From Andalucia godoyi And28 (Eukaryota; Protista; Jakobida), in contig VRVR01000052.1 in assembly GCA_009859145.1 (NCBI GenBank), positions 1-64,000 on the forward strand: a DNA stretch of 64,000 nucleotides. Reading direction: 5' to 3'. This document shows positions 49,482 to 60,090 of this stretch, one piece after another. Position 1 is the first letter of the stretch. Every line of letters starts with the position of its first letter. Both the position numbers and the translations under genes were made by a program. The notes below the pieces were generated by a model. It was not told the DNA's origin. It saw only the letters and a list, made by a program, of their open reading frames with translations, and did not search any database.

Positions 49482-49801
49482 TACCGTAGTCAAGTCCTCA
49501 TTCTTTCACATTCTTTTCTTTCTATAACATTCTGTTTGTTTGTTTATTTACTATCGAACTCCTCAAGCAGACAAAACATCGCATGGATCCAGAAAGGGGT
49601 CTTCCCCACAAACGCAAACCGGCCATGCCCGAAGACGCCGAGAACCAAGAAACCCCGTTGATCCCCTCTCGTCGGAGGCCGAGAACAAGAAGAAGCGATG
49701 ACCCTTTGATGCAGAGCAATTTGCATTGAAGAGTTGGGGCTTGCCCCAAATAAAAACAAAACAGCATGTGGCTTGGATCTGTCTTCGGTGACAGCCTAGC
49801 C
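49482..49801 (+). repeat. dispersed repeat family X, copy 2
   Basis: Homologous to 22944-23494, same orientation, lacking most of the ~190-bp internal segment present in copy 1. Confidence 0.9.
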
Positions 49802-50140
49802 GGTGATGATCAATCATGAATCGTGCTTTGGGGAGCGGGAAAAACATAAAAACAAGCGTTGGAAAAGCTCCATTGGTTTCGGAAGCGGGAATTATGTAAA
49901 ATCCCCGACTCCCTTTTTTGGAGGGCGGGAAATTTCCCCTTTTTCCCTTCTTTTAAAACCCACATCTACAGTCAGCAGCAAACCCAGCGAGCGTTCCCCG
50001 CGTGTCGGTGTGTTTTTCCGTTTTGTCCTTTTCATTCGGTTCGGCATCCTGGTAATAATGATTTTAATTGCATTATTTTATTTTATTTTATTTGAAGAAA
50101 AAACACAAAACACAAAAATACAGACGGTTTGCAAGAACAA

Positions 50141-50408
50141 ATGAGGTCCGTGTCAATCATTGTGGCAGGAATCGTCGGTGTTGTATCGGGAGTCTACATC
50201 TTCAAACCGCCTCTCGAAGAACTCAAATCGTATGCCTTCGTTTGCCAGCTTTCCCCTCCTTATTTTTATTTTATTCTTTTGCTTTCCCGTTGTGCTTCTC
50301 TGTTTTACAGCAGGTGTTTACTCCGTTTGACGTCTGTTTTTTTTAATGGGCAGAAACTCTCTTCAGAAAAATGCTGCACACAATTCCCCTGCAAAACCAA
50401 TCCAATAG
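50141..50408 (+). CDS. 47-aa single-TM microprotein (PIGBOS1-like), 2 exons (50141-50229, 50354-50408)
   Basis: MRSVSIIVAGIVGVVSGVYIFKPPLEELKS|NSLQKNAAHNSPAKPIQ*. Predicted intron GTATG...GGGCAG, T-rich; the GVYIFxP motif resembles PIGBOS1. The second exon is uncertain. Confidence 0.6.
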
Positions 50409-50675
50409 ATACTCTGCTGTGCACTACAGCTGGCAAATAAATAAACCGCGTTTCTTTGTTTCTTTTGTCTTTGTTTTTCTACAACGGTTTTTGCTGTCCC
50501 CTTACAAAGCGTTTTGGAAATGAGCTGGCTTTTGTTTTCGTTTTCGTTTGTAGTGTTATTTATTGTTTTGTCCGTTTCTTTGTTGTTCATAGCGTCAAAG
50601 ACAGAGAGTGTGAGTGTGAGTGTGAGTGTGAGTGTGAGTGTGAGTGTGAGTGCGAGTGAGAGTGTGAGAGCATGG

Positions 50676-52322
50676 ATGGGTGCTGGGGCTGCAAAAGACC
50701 GTCAAGATTTTTTTGAGCGACGGAGCGAGTATATAGAGCAGAACCGAGAGCTGTTTGTTAGGGTGGCAAAGCGGCAGGAACTCGGAGAGAAGGAGCGAGA
50801 GCAGCGCGAGGCAATTCAAGCACGGTCGGCTGCAACCTCCAAGTCCGCGTCGAGGTCCAAGACCCGGGATTCCAGCCTTTTTGAAGTTGTGAGGCAACTG
50901 AGACAAGCAGAAGAGGAAAGCAAGGGTGGGCAGAAGCGGGCAGAAAGGCAGTTTCCGAGGGTGAGTGTGCGAGAGACGCTGCTGTGGAGGGGGGCGTGCG
51001 AGCCGAGTGATGAAGGACAGGAAGAGGACGACTTGGCACATCGATTAGGGCTTGATCCGAGGCCACGATCCAGGCGACCAGCGTGGGGCGTCCAGAAGGA
51101 GATCGCGGAGATGGTGAATGTCGCGACAATCAGGGTTGAGCGAGACAAGAAGATGCTGGGTTCGAGAGACCTTGTGCAGGGGAGAGGGGCGGCGCCAGAG
51201 TGGAACTGGATCCTGTGGGACGATGATCATCATGTGCCCGTCAACACCAAGCTGCGAATTAATCCAAGTGCATACGTCACCGAGTACGTCGATCCGCCTG
51301 TGCGCGTCACGAGAGACAGAGACGAAGTGCAGCCCGTTGTAATCCCGGGAGCACTGCGCACACGATCCGTCGACTACTCGGCTTCACTACATCTGCCTGC
51401 AGCGCGCGATGGCCACGATGGCGGTGGCAACGACTGCGACCACGAGCACGGCATTCGTGACCATGACGACAACGACGACGACGATGATGATGATCATGAT
51501 CATGATGATCCACAAGCGATACTGCGCAGGAAAGCACGGCTGAAACAGCAGCATCACAGACGAGATGGAGGAGAGGACGTCGATGGTGCTCGAATAACAA
51601 TGCCGCGAGCAGTGATTGAGATGCTTCCGGAGCCGTGTGCTCCACCACACAAGTCGCTTGCAGAGCTCTTTTGTGACACTCTCAAGGGGCCGTATCCACA
51701 GTGGGTCTCGGTAACGCTGCACATCATGCCGGTTTTTGAACTGCCTGCGGGAGTCTCGATGTCGGATTTCGAGCAGGGAAAGTCCATTATCGTGCCGGCA
51801 GTCACTTCGCGGGTGACGCATGTCTTTGGTGCATTCCAGGACGTGTTCGGCGCCGTTTCGCCCGACGATGTTGTGGGAAAGCCCATTACAAGCATCATTC
51901 GGAAGCCAGAAGTCGATCCTTTGCTGCTTAAGAAACCCGAAAGCGAACTGACCAGCGCAGAGCTCTTGCGGAAGCGGTTCTTTCCAGACGAAAATTACTT
52001 TCCGTATTCGTGGATCATTGCAAAGCGGCCGAAAATGTCGGCGCCTCAGTCCATGCGATACAACATGCTCACAGAGGTGGAAGTGCTTGCAAAGAAACTG
52101 GTCGTCCACAAACCAGATGACTCGGGAGAACCTGCAGAGCCGCAGTACGACGTCACGGGCGACATCAGGTACTTCGCAGCCATGCAAATCCTGCCGCCAC
52201 CCAAGTACGCGCAGTACGCAAGAAAGGTTCCTGAAAAGTACACCATGAAAATCTTTGCAAAGATGGATCCGTTCGGAACAACGGTCGTCCGAAGCGAAGA
52301 CGCATACTCCAGCGACCAGTAA
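50676..52322 (+). CDS. hypothetical protein with a possible PAS-like segment
   Basis: Long ORF starting MGAGAAK after a (GTGAGT)n tract; VTHVFGAFQDVFGAVSPDDVVGKPITSII resembles a PAS core. Confidence 0.75.
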   Translation: MGAGAAKDRQDFFERRSEYIEQNRELFVRVAKRQELGEKEREQREAIQARSAATSKSASRSKTRDSSLFEVVRQLRQAEEESKGGQKRAERQFPRVSVRETLLWRGACEPSDEGQEEDDLAHRLGLDPRPRSRRPAWGVQKEIAEMVNVATIRVERDKKMLGSRDLVQGRGAAPEWNWILWDDDHHVPVNTKLRINPSAYVTEYVDPPVRVTRDRDEVQPVVIPGALRTRSVDYSASLHLPAARDGHDGGGNDCDHEHGIRDHDDNDDDDDDDHDHDDPQAILRRKARLKQQHHRRDGGEDVDGARITMPRAVIEMLPEPCAPPHKSLAELFCDTLKGPYPQWVSVTLHIMPVFELPAGVSMSDFEQGKSIIVPAVTSRVTHVFGAFQDVFGAVSPDDVVGKPITSIIRKPEVDPLLLKKPESELTSAELLRKRFFPDENYFPYSWIIAKRPKMSAPQSMRYNMLTEVEVLAKKLVVHKPDDSGEPAEPQYDVTGDIRYFAAMQILPPPKYAQYARKVPEKYTMKIFAKMDPFGTTVVRSEDAYSSDQ

Positions 52323-52470
52323 GACAGGCAAGAACACGCAAGAACAGGCAGTCGAGCGACTGATGAAGGATTTTTCTTTTTTCCGTTTACCAATCAAACC
52401 AACATTGACGACGAGCTGCGCGTGGAAAATGGGGCTTGGGGGCAGGCTGCTAAGAACGCATATTCGTTTT

Positions 52471-53016
52471 TTAGATATAGGAACGGATATCGCTGCGGTC
52501 TGAACGGTAATCGATGGGGCAGTCGCAAACCGGGTCTTCACCGTGCGAGATCACGCGGCCGCCTCCAATGTAGATTGCAGTGTGCGACACCGGATTACCG
52601 TACATGACCAAATCGCCAACCTGTGCCGAGCCCAGCGAAACAGATCGTCCATGCTGCATCAGAGTACCTGTGTATCCTGCGCTCCAGTTTTCCCCATTCA
52701 GAAAATCGGGTCCCTTTCCGTACACCGTCCAATACGCCCACGTCGCAGCCGACGAGCAGTCCGAGTACTTTGGTGCAGACGGCGGATACACACGATCTGT
52801 GATTCCGCTCCATCGCTGGCTTCCCTCTGTGTAGATCTCCGAGCCGCGCTGGTTGTAGAGCGCCATAGCAGCAGTATACACTCCCTGGCGATCACGAAGA
52901 GCCTCTTCCGGAGTCAGTCCGAGAGCTTCCGAGAACGTCATCGAGTCTGCAGAAACAGCCAAAACAGCCGCGAATCCAACCACGAGCGCAAAAACTACGC
53001 GCACACCACACACCAT
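52471..53016 (-). CDS. secreted NlpC/P60-family cysteine hydrolase
   Basis: Signal peptide; YSDCSS (catalytic Cys), QVGDLVMYG, SHTAIYIGGGRVISHG (catalytic His); intronless, 181 aa. Confidence 0.9.
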   Translation of the reverse strand: MVCGVRVVFALVVGFAAVLAVSADSMTFSEALGLTPEEALRDRQGVYTAAMALYNQRGSEIYTEGSQRWSGITDRVYPPSAPKYSDCSSAATWAYWTVYGKGPDFLNGENWSAGYTGTLMQHGRSVSLGSAQVGDLVMYGNPVSHTAIYIGGGRVISHGEDPVCDCPIDYRSDRSDIRSYI

Positions 53017-53720
53017 TTTTTATTGAATAGAAAAGTAATATTGTAATCAATGCTGTATTGTATTACAACTCAGTATGCAAAAAAAAAAAACCTTATTAAG
53101 CGATATATTCTGAGAATCCAAAAAGTGCGGAGAAGCAGCAAAAAGACGGGGAATTGTTTCTGCATGAAAGCACTGTCATGTCATGTCATGTCATGTCAGG
53201 GGACAGCTTTTTGTTTTTTTTACAGCGGGTTCTCGAGGGCTTTGCGTCTGTTGTATGTTTTACGACTTCTTTTGTTTCTTGGGAGCTTTGGGGATGCAAA
53301 GAACAGAACAGAGATGCTTTTTCTTCTTCTTTCTTTCTTCTTATTGAATTGGGGTTTTCCTGTTTTTGTTTCCTCCGCTTTCCATCCTCAAAAAGGATGG
53401 TGTCCGGCGCCACGGAGGAGATATTTTTGTAGCACAAGTTTCTACTTTGTAACGATTTTTTTCTTTTCTTTTCTTTTCCTATTTTGTTGCTGCTGTTGTT
53501 GTGAAAAACGGAGAGAAGCGACCGAGTGTGAGAGACTCTGGGAGTGAGGGTGGGTGGGTGAGAGAATGAGACTACCTGCAAGAGGGGCCTTGACGGAAAC
53601 AAAAGACAAACAAAAATATAATATAAAAAATATAAAAAAAAGGGGATACTTCAGAAAACACATCAAAGGCAAAAACAACATCTAACAGCTCGCAACAACA
53701 AACCTTGACACGGGGGGTCA

Positions 53721-56700
53721 TTACGGAGAGTATTGTGGCGATGTTGGAGAGTACTGCGGGCTGGTGGGAGAGTACTGCGGCGAGGTCGGCGAGTACTGCG
53801 GGCTTGTGGGTGAGTACTGCGGCGAAGTCGGCGAGTACTGTGGGCTGGTGGGAGAGTACTGCGGCGACGTCGGCGAATATGCCGGCGACGTTGGAGAGTA
53901 CGCTGGAGAAGTTGGGGAATAGGCAGGAGACGTCGGGGAATACGACGGCGACGTTGGCGAGTAGTGGGATGTTGCTGGATTGTAGACCTGAGACATCGGT
54001 CGATATGCCGGACTGGATGGCTGGTAGGACGGACTTGTAGGCTGCATGACTGGTGTCGTTGCATAGTACGACGACGTCGGCGAGTACTCTCCATATCCTG
54101 CAGACTTCATGTACGGCGAAGCTGGGGTTGCAGAGAATGCTCCCGGAGTATAGCCGCTCATATCCGCCGGGGTGTGCCCAGAAATGCCTGGTGTGTGGGA
54201 GGGATGCGCAGGCGAGAAGAATCCGCCAAAGGACCCATCTTCTGGTGCACCGCCGTGCGCACCAAACCGAGGAGTCATTCCACCCATGCCCCAAGGCTTT
54301 GGAGTCTCAGCGCCGCCTCCGTAGTATGGGTTAGGCGTTTCACCACCGTCACCCATGCGGCCCGGCGTGCGCCAGCCATCGCGACCGGGGGTCTGGGCGC
54401 CAGAAGCACCCCAGCCATGTCCATCGCTCATGCCACCCTGCGTGCGCCACTGACTGCCGGCAGTCTGGATCTGCTCCGCTTGCGCAGCAGACAATAAATC
54501 AACGGTCTCGGAAAGTTTGTTATCGTCCAGGAAAAGACCAAACGAACCCGTTCCCAGAGGGGCAAGCTGGCCCAACATGATGTTTCCAGAAAGACCCTTG
54601 AGCCGATCCACTTCACCGAATGCAGAAGCCTCGCACAGAATTTCCACAGACTCCTCGAAAGACGCTCGCATCAACGGACCAGCATCCGATCGATTGATTC
54701 CATGGCGAGTGATCGACATGAGCTGTCCATGCGCGGTCATCACATCGCAAAGAATCGCCAAGTGGCGGTAGTTCACGTACGAACCATCGAACTCGATGAC
54801 CTTTCGCAGCTCACGAAGCAATGCTCCGCGAGCACCTTCAATTCCCAGACATTCAAAGATCTCAACAATGTCGTTGGACGTCGTCTTCCTCGGATCAACT
54901 TTCTTGAACGACAGCACTTCCATCAGATTTGTTCCATCTGTATCAAGGAGCCACAAATTCGTCCCTTTGCCTTCCTCACGCATGTACACCTTCTTGATGC
55001 CCTCGATACCAGATAGTTTCAACTTCATGATCTGCCCTTCCAGAGACTTGAAGAAGTCCAACCAGTCTGTCTCCCCCGAGTTCTCCTTCGTGACACCTTC
55101 AGGAATTGGGCGTACTTGGATTGCCAGCACATCGTCGTTATCATCCGCATGAATGCAGGCAACCTCGCCAGAAAACAAATCTTCGATACGCAGCGCAACC
55201 GTTGCGATCGCAAGCTTCTTGTCCAGCATCATCGCACGGTCCAGAACTAGGCGATACATCCACGGAGTGCCATTCCGCAAACGAGAAATCATATCCTGCT
55301 TGCCTCCCAGTCGGGCCATCTCAAACCATTCGCTCATAAATCCACGATCCTCCTCCACAATCGTTTCCTCTGGATCCGGATCGTACCAGACCTGCGTCGT
55401 CGCAATCACCGAGCGCATATTCGTGTACTCGAGGGCGGCCTGCACTTCCTTTGCAATCTCCTGGGAGTCCGGCCGTCCTGAATACTTCTTCTTCAGAAAA
55501 ACAGCATGGCCAGGAGTCTTGATGTGGGACGGAACGTTAATAATCTCCTTCAGACGAGGGACACCAAGCGTGACGTTCTTCGACGAAAGACCAGCGTAAT
55601 GGAACGTATTCAGTGTCATCTGCGTCGCCGGTTCTCCAATCGACTGCGCTGCAATGGCACCGACCATTTCGCCAGGAGTCGCGCGTGCTTGCATAAACCG
55701 TGTTTCGATTTCGCCCACCAGAGACAGAAATGCGTGGCGCGGCAATCGGTATTCTCCAATGACACGCTTCGCACACAATTCAGTACGGATCAAAAGGGAG
55801 AAGAACATGGTACCGTTCTCCTGCGCTTCTCGGCCAAGAACGTCGTTTCCAGCATAAGGGACGACAATACACTTCTTGACAAGCTGATTCACCGCCTCAA
55901 CGACCTCGATCGGACTGAGGTCCGAGAAAGGAACAGTTTTCTTCGGGTTCAGCGTCACGTCGTACAGTTTGTGCGCCTTTCGCAAGTTCGAGATCAAGCG
56001 AGGAATATTGACAGGCATTGCAAGACGGTCATCGCGCACAATCTGTCGAGACACAAGATCTCTGAGATAGGTAGCAAGGGGAACAATGTCTGCGAACTCC
56101 TTTTCAAGCACCGTTGCAGTGTACGACGGATCGCGCCTCAATTCCTCGGCAACATCGGGAATCAGTGAGCTGGCACCGAAATCCGGAAGCAAGGTCCCGT
56201 TTGAAACGCCAGGGAACATACACTTGCGCCGAAGCGTCTCATTATCCTTCCAGCTCAGACACTCGAATGACACAAATTCTACCTTTGTACCATCCATACC
56301 ATCCTCGCCGTACAAGAATTGCAAAACACGACCCGTAGAGTCGCGAATTGTTCCGTCGTACTTGACCTGCACATCCTCCATGGCCTTGATCAAACGACGC
56401 TGGATGTATCCAGTTTCTGCAGTCTTCACGGCAGTGTCAATGATACCTTCTCGGCCTCCCATCGCATGGAAGAACATTTCGGCAGGAGTCAGACCACGGA
56501 TGTACGGATGGATGACGAATCCTTTCGCCTCTGGGCCATAGTCGAACTTCAAAAAATGCGGGAGAGAACGATCCCGGAAACCGAATGGAATACGCTTTCC
56601 TTCAACGTTTTGCTGACCAACGGTTGCCATAATCTGGGCGATGTTGATGTTTGAACCCTTGGATCCTGCAGACACCATGGCTTTCACGGAGTTGTTGTCG

Positions 56701-59096
56701 GACAAGACGCTCTGTGCAGCGGCACCTGCATCCGAGCCAGCCTTGTTCAGCACGGTATTCACACGCTTCTCAAACGTCTCCAACTTGGTCATACCAGGCT
56801 CCGATTGGGCTTCCGGATCATTTGAGTTTCGGAAGAACACGCGATCCAAGCGTGCCACTTCCGTCTTTGCCTTCTCCATGATCTCAATGATCTTCTGATT
56901 CGTCGCCGAGCCCGCAAGACCATCTTCAATACCAATCGAAAAGCCCCAATGAAGAAGCCAATGATTGACAATCTTTTGGACTCGATCCAGGAACCGCTTC
57001 GCCTCCTTCCAACCCAATTGGTTGTACGTGACGTGGATAAGAGAACCGGATCTGTTACCAAGAGTCGCCTTGCAGCAAATGCCGCAGATCAGCGTGCCAT
57101 TCTCGATCAACACACGGGTGTCGCCCGGAGAGTTCCAGTTCTTCGTCGGCTTGTCTTCCTCTGCGTTATGAGCGGCAGCTTTCATCTCCAGATACACACC
57201 CTGGGGAAGCACCGTCGAGTAGAGCTGCTTACCCGTCCACATGGGAACGGGCTTAAGAATGGCGGGCTGAGGAATACGGCCGTCCCATTCGTCAATGTGC
57301 AACAAACAGTTAAAGAACAGCTCGCGGCGCAGCAACACATCCCGTCGGGTGATTCGAGAGGAGCCAAGCAATGCATCCTGCACGAGACCCATGACAGGAC
57401 GATTGGCCTGGGGCGTGATGATGTTCAGCGGGACCATCATCAGCTCCATGAGTTCTGCCTTGGCATTCAACGACTGCGGAACGTGCAAATTCATTTCGTC
57501 GCCATCGAAATCTGCATTGTAGGGCGTCGTGACCGTCAGGTTCAGACGAAACGTTGAATAGGGAAGGACCTTCGCGCGATGGCCCATCATACTCATCTTG
57601 TGAAGAGTCGGCTGTCGATTGAACAAGACGCAATCCTCATCCCGAAGATGGCGCTCGACACGGTAGCCGTAGTCCAGATGCGTCTCCGCTTGTCTTCGCG
57701 CGTACCGAAGATCAATTCGTGTTCCATCGTTTCGAATGATGAACTTGGCACCCGGATGATTCGAAGGACCGTTCTCTACTAGCCGCTTCATCTCTTCATA
57801 GTTGAAAGGAGTCACGGTTTCCGGAAACGTCAAGTTCAAAGCTATCGAACGCGGCACTCCGACCTGATCAATGTTGAGGTTCGGATCTGCTGTGATAACC
57901 GTTCTGGCAGAAAAGTCAACACGCTTACCCATCAAGTTTCCTCGGATACGACCCTGCTTTCCGCACAAGCGCTGACGGATCGTCTTCAGCTCACGTCCCG
58001 ACCGAGTCGCAGAACGCTCCTGGCCGGACATCGAGTTGTTGAAGAACGTCGCCACATGGAACTGCAACAGCCTCAGCATGTCCATCAGAATATGGTTCGG
58101 TGCACCGCGCTGGTCTGCATCGCGGATGGCATTGTTCGTTTGGATGATGCTTGCGAGTTTGAAGGTCAAGTCATCCTCTGCCCGAGCACCAGACCCCGCA
58201 ATCACAGACGGCCGTACTGGTGGAGGAGGCACAGGAAGCACTGTCAGAATCATCCATTCTGGTCTTGCATACTTTGGATTCAATCCAAGAGTCATGCAGT
58301 CCTCGTCCGATATGCGTTTGAGAATCGAAATGCAGTCTTCGGCTGGCATCAAATGCTTTCGCTCTGCTTCATCACCACCAGATGCCGAAGTTGTGACAGT
58401 GTGCATTGCAAGGTTTTTGATTGTGTACTTTTTCTGAGTTGTTCCGCAACCCGTCGACGTTGCAGCCAGCAACACCGACGAGGTGTCTTTTCGAGTAACC
58501 TTGCATTCATGCACCCCTGCACAAACCTTCGAAAATGCCTGAAGACGCTGCACCGGATTCATGATACGCGCGCATTTGTCAAACCGAGGATCCGCACGAT
58601 CTAGAAGAATTCGGCCACAGCCTGAACACACAGAACGAAGAATGCGCAGAACGATCTTGATGTACCCCGTGTGGTACACCGCCCGAGAAAGCTCAATATG
58701 CCCAAAGTATCCTGGCGACTCCTCCAACGTACCTCCATCAGTTTCGCAACGCATAGTTCTCTCAAAGGTTCCCATGCGAAGATCGGCAAGCCCTCCGCGC
58801 TTCGGAACTCCGTTTTCGTAGGATGTGCTCGACTGCACATTCACAACCGAAAACGCTCGCTGTTGCATTGTCACAAAAACACAAATAAAAAATAAAAAAA
58901 TACGCAAAAAAAGGGGGAGAGGAAAGAGATTAAAAAGCGTAAATACAATGTCCAAGAAAAACAAAACCTCTCAAGTACACAGAAACGCTCGGAAACGGAA
59001 AAACATCACACATACGATTTCCTCAGGGGAGAGAACTGAGAATTGGACTTGACGAACCTTTTTCAAGTCCACGGTCGGATCACGAAGCAGCGACAT
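53721..59096 (-). CDS. RPB1: RNA polymerase II largest subunit; exon 1 59016-59096, exon 2 53721-58859
   Basis: GYFGHIEL, GNLMGKRVDFSART, NADFDGDEMN, TQMTLNTFH, VTLGVPRLKEIIN and a CTD of YSPTSP(S/A/Q) heptads. Intron 58860-59015 (GTATG..CAACAG) joins MSLLRDP..LSPEEI to RAFSVV. Confidence 0.98.
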
Positions 59097-59539
59097 GACG
59101 AAATACCACGACGCTGTTCGATGGACTGCCCGGGCACGAAAAGCTGAAGAGAAAAGAGAGAGAAAGTAAAAGAAAGAGAGAAGCAAAAACAAAACACAAA
59201 AAAACAAAACCCGGAAAAGAAACAGGCGATGCGATGCAAATAAGCCAAAATACGATTGGCCCAAGTGCGGTCCTCAAGTCTCACACAGGCTTCAAACAGG
59301 GATACACGCCATGCGTGGGTAAGGGACAGCCCTTGACAGCGTGTTGTTTACAGCAGATATCGCCTCATGTTCGTGAACGTTTCACTGCTTTCCGCGGAGC
59401 CCGCTCGTGGGGCCTCTGCGAGCTTGCCGACTGCTGCGCGCGGCGCCACAGTTCGCAGCACCCAGCAATGTCTACAATGCATGTGTGCACAATGAGAAAA
59501 AACAAAAACAAACAAACAGAAGAAGGATGATGATGATGA

Positions 59540-60014
59540 TGATATGATGCACGCCTCCATGATCCACTGAACATGCATATCTACGAATAGACATGCATAT
59601 TCAGTCTTGCATCCCGCTGCCGGGAAGGGGATAGGCCCCCCAACACGCCTCACGGCGCTCTTCAGATAGATGTTCCGCGCTCCGTTCCCAATCTCGATCA
59701 ATCGGTGAGCTGCACGCGGGACATGCAAACACTTTGCTTGCGCCGCTCGCGATACTCGGTCGCCTTATGGAACAAACGCTGCAAAAAGTGAAACCAAAAA
59801 ACCGGACCAACGAATGATAGAATGATAGATGGCTACGGATGTTGCGTTAAAGAGTGTCGAAAATGCGGAGCCTGTGTCACCGGCTGAATTTTGGCCGAGC
59901 GTGCATCAGCACGAATTCCTGTGAAACAAACGTGCTGGTGTCGGCCAGTATTGACCGTGTCTGTTTATGTATACTTCCGCATGCATGATAATGACGTGTC
60001 ATTATTCAACGGTA
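59540..60014 (-). mobile_element. internally deleted TnpB/Fanzor-type element, copy B (left end plus C-terminal ZnF/RuvC-III remnant plus structured right end)
   Basis: Left end shared with copy A; CSVC..ASKVFACPACSSPIDRDW/(+1 frameshift)NGARNIYLK; 3' hairpins. The right boundary is approximate. Confidence 0.85.
59560..59660 (-). ncRNA. candidate omegaRNA scaffold of the Fanzor-like element
   Basis: Hairpins GGGG-GCCTAT-CCCC, TCCCG-GCAG-CGGGA and a 17-bp stem closing a UUCG loop (59567-59604), at the 3' end of the nuclease remnant. Confidence 0.55.
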
Positions 60015-60090
60015 CCTAAAATAAGAATAACTCAGTATTCATTAATTTAATTATATAATATGTATATATAATATTGACGTGTCGGCAAAA

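Noticed and set aside
53724-53955. 21-bp periodic repeat resembling a CRISPR or minisatellite array
   Set aside because: It is the RPB1 CTD heptad-coding region; there are no spacers.
59300-59500. SRP-RNA-like stretch (GCGGAAAGCAG) upstream of RPB1
   Set aside because: No convincing helix 8/helix 6 pairing or Alu domain; more likely a GC-rich promoter.
28723-60014. Tc1/mariner interpretation of the TA+CCGT left end
   Set aside because: No matching inverted terminus was found at the other end of either copy, and no DDE transposase remnant was seen.
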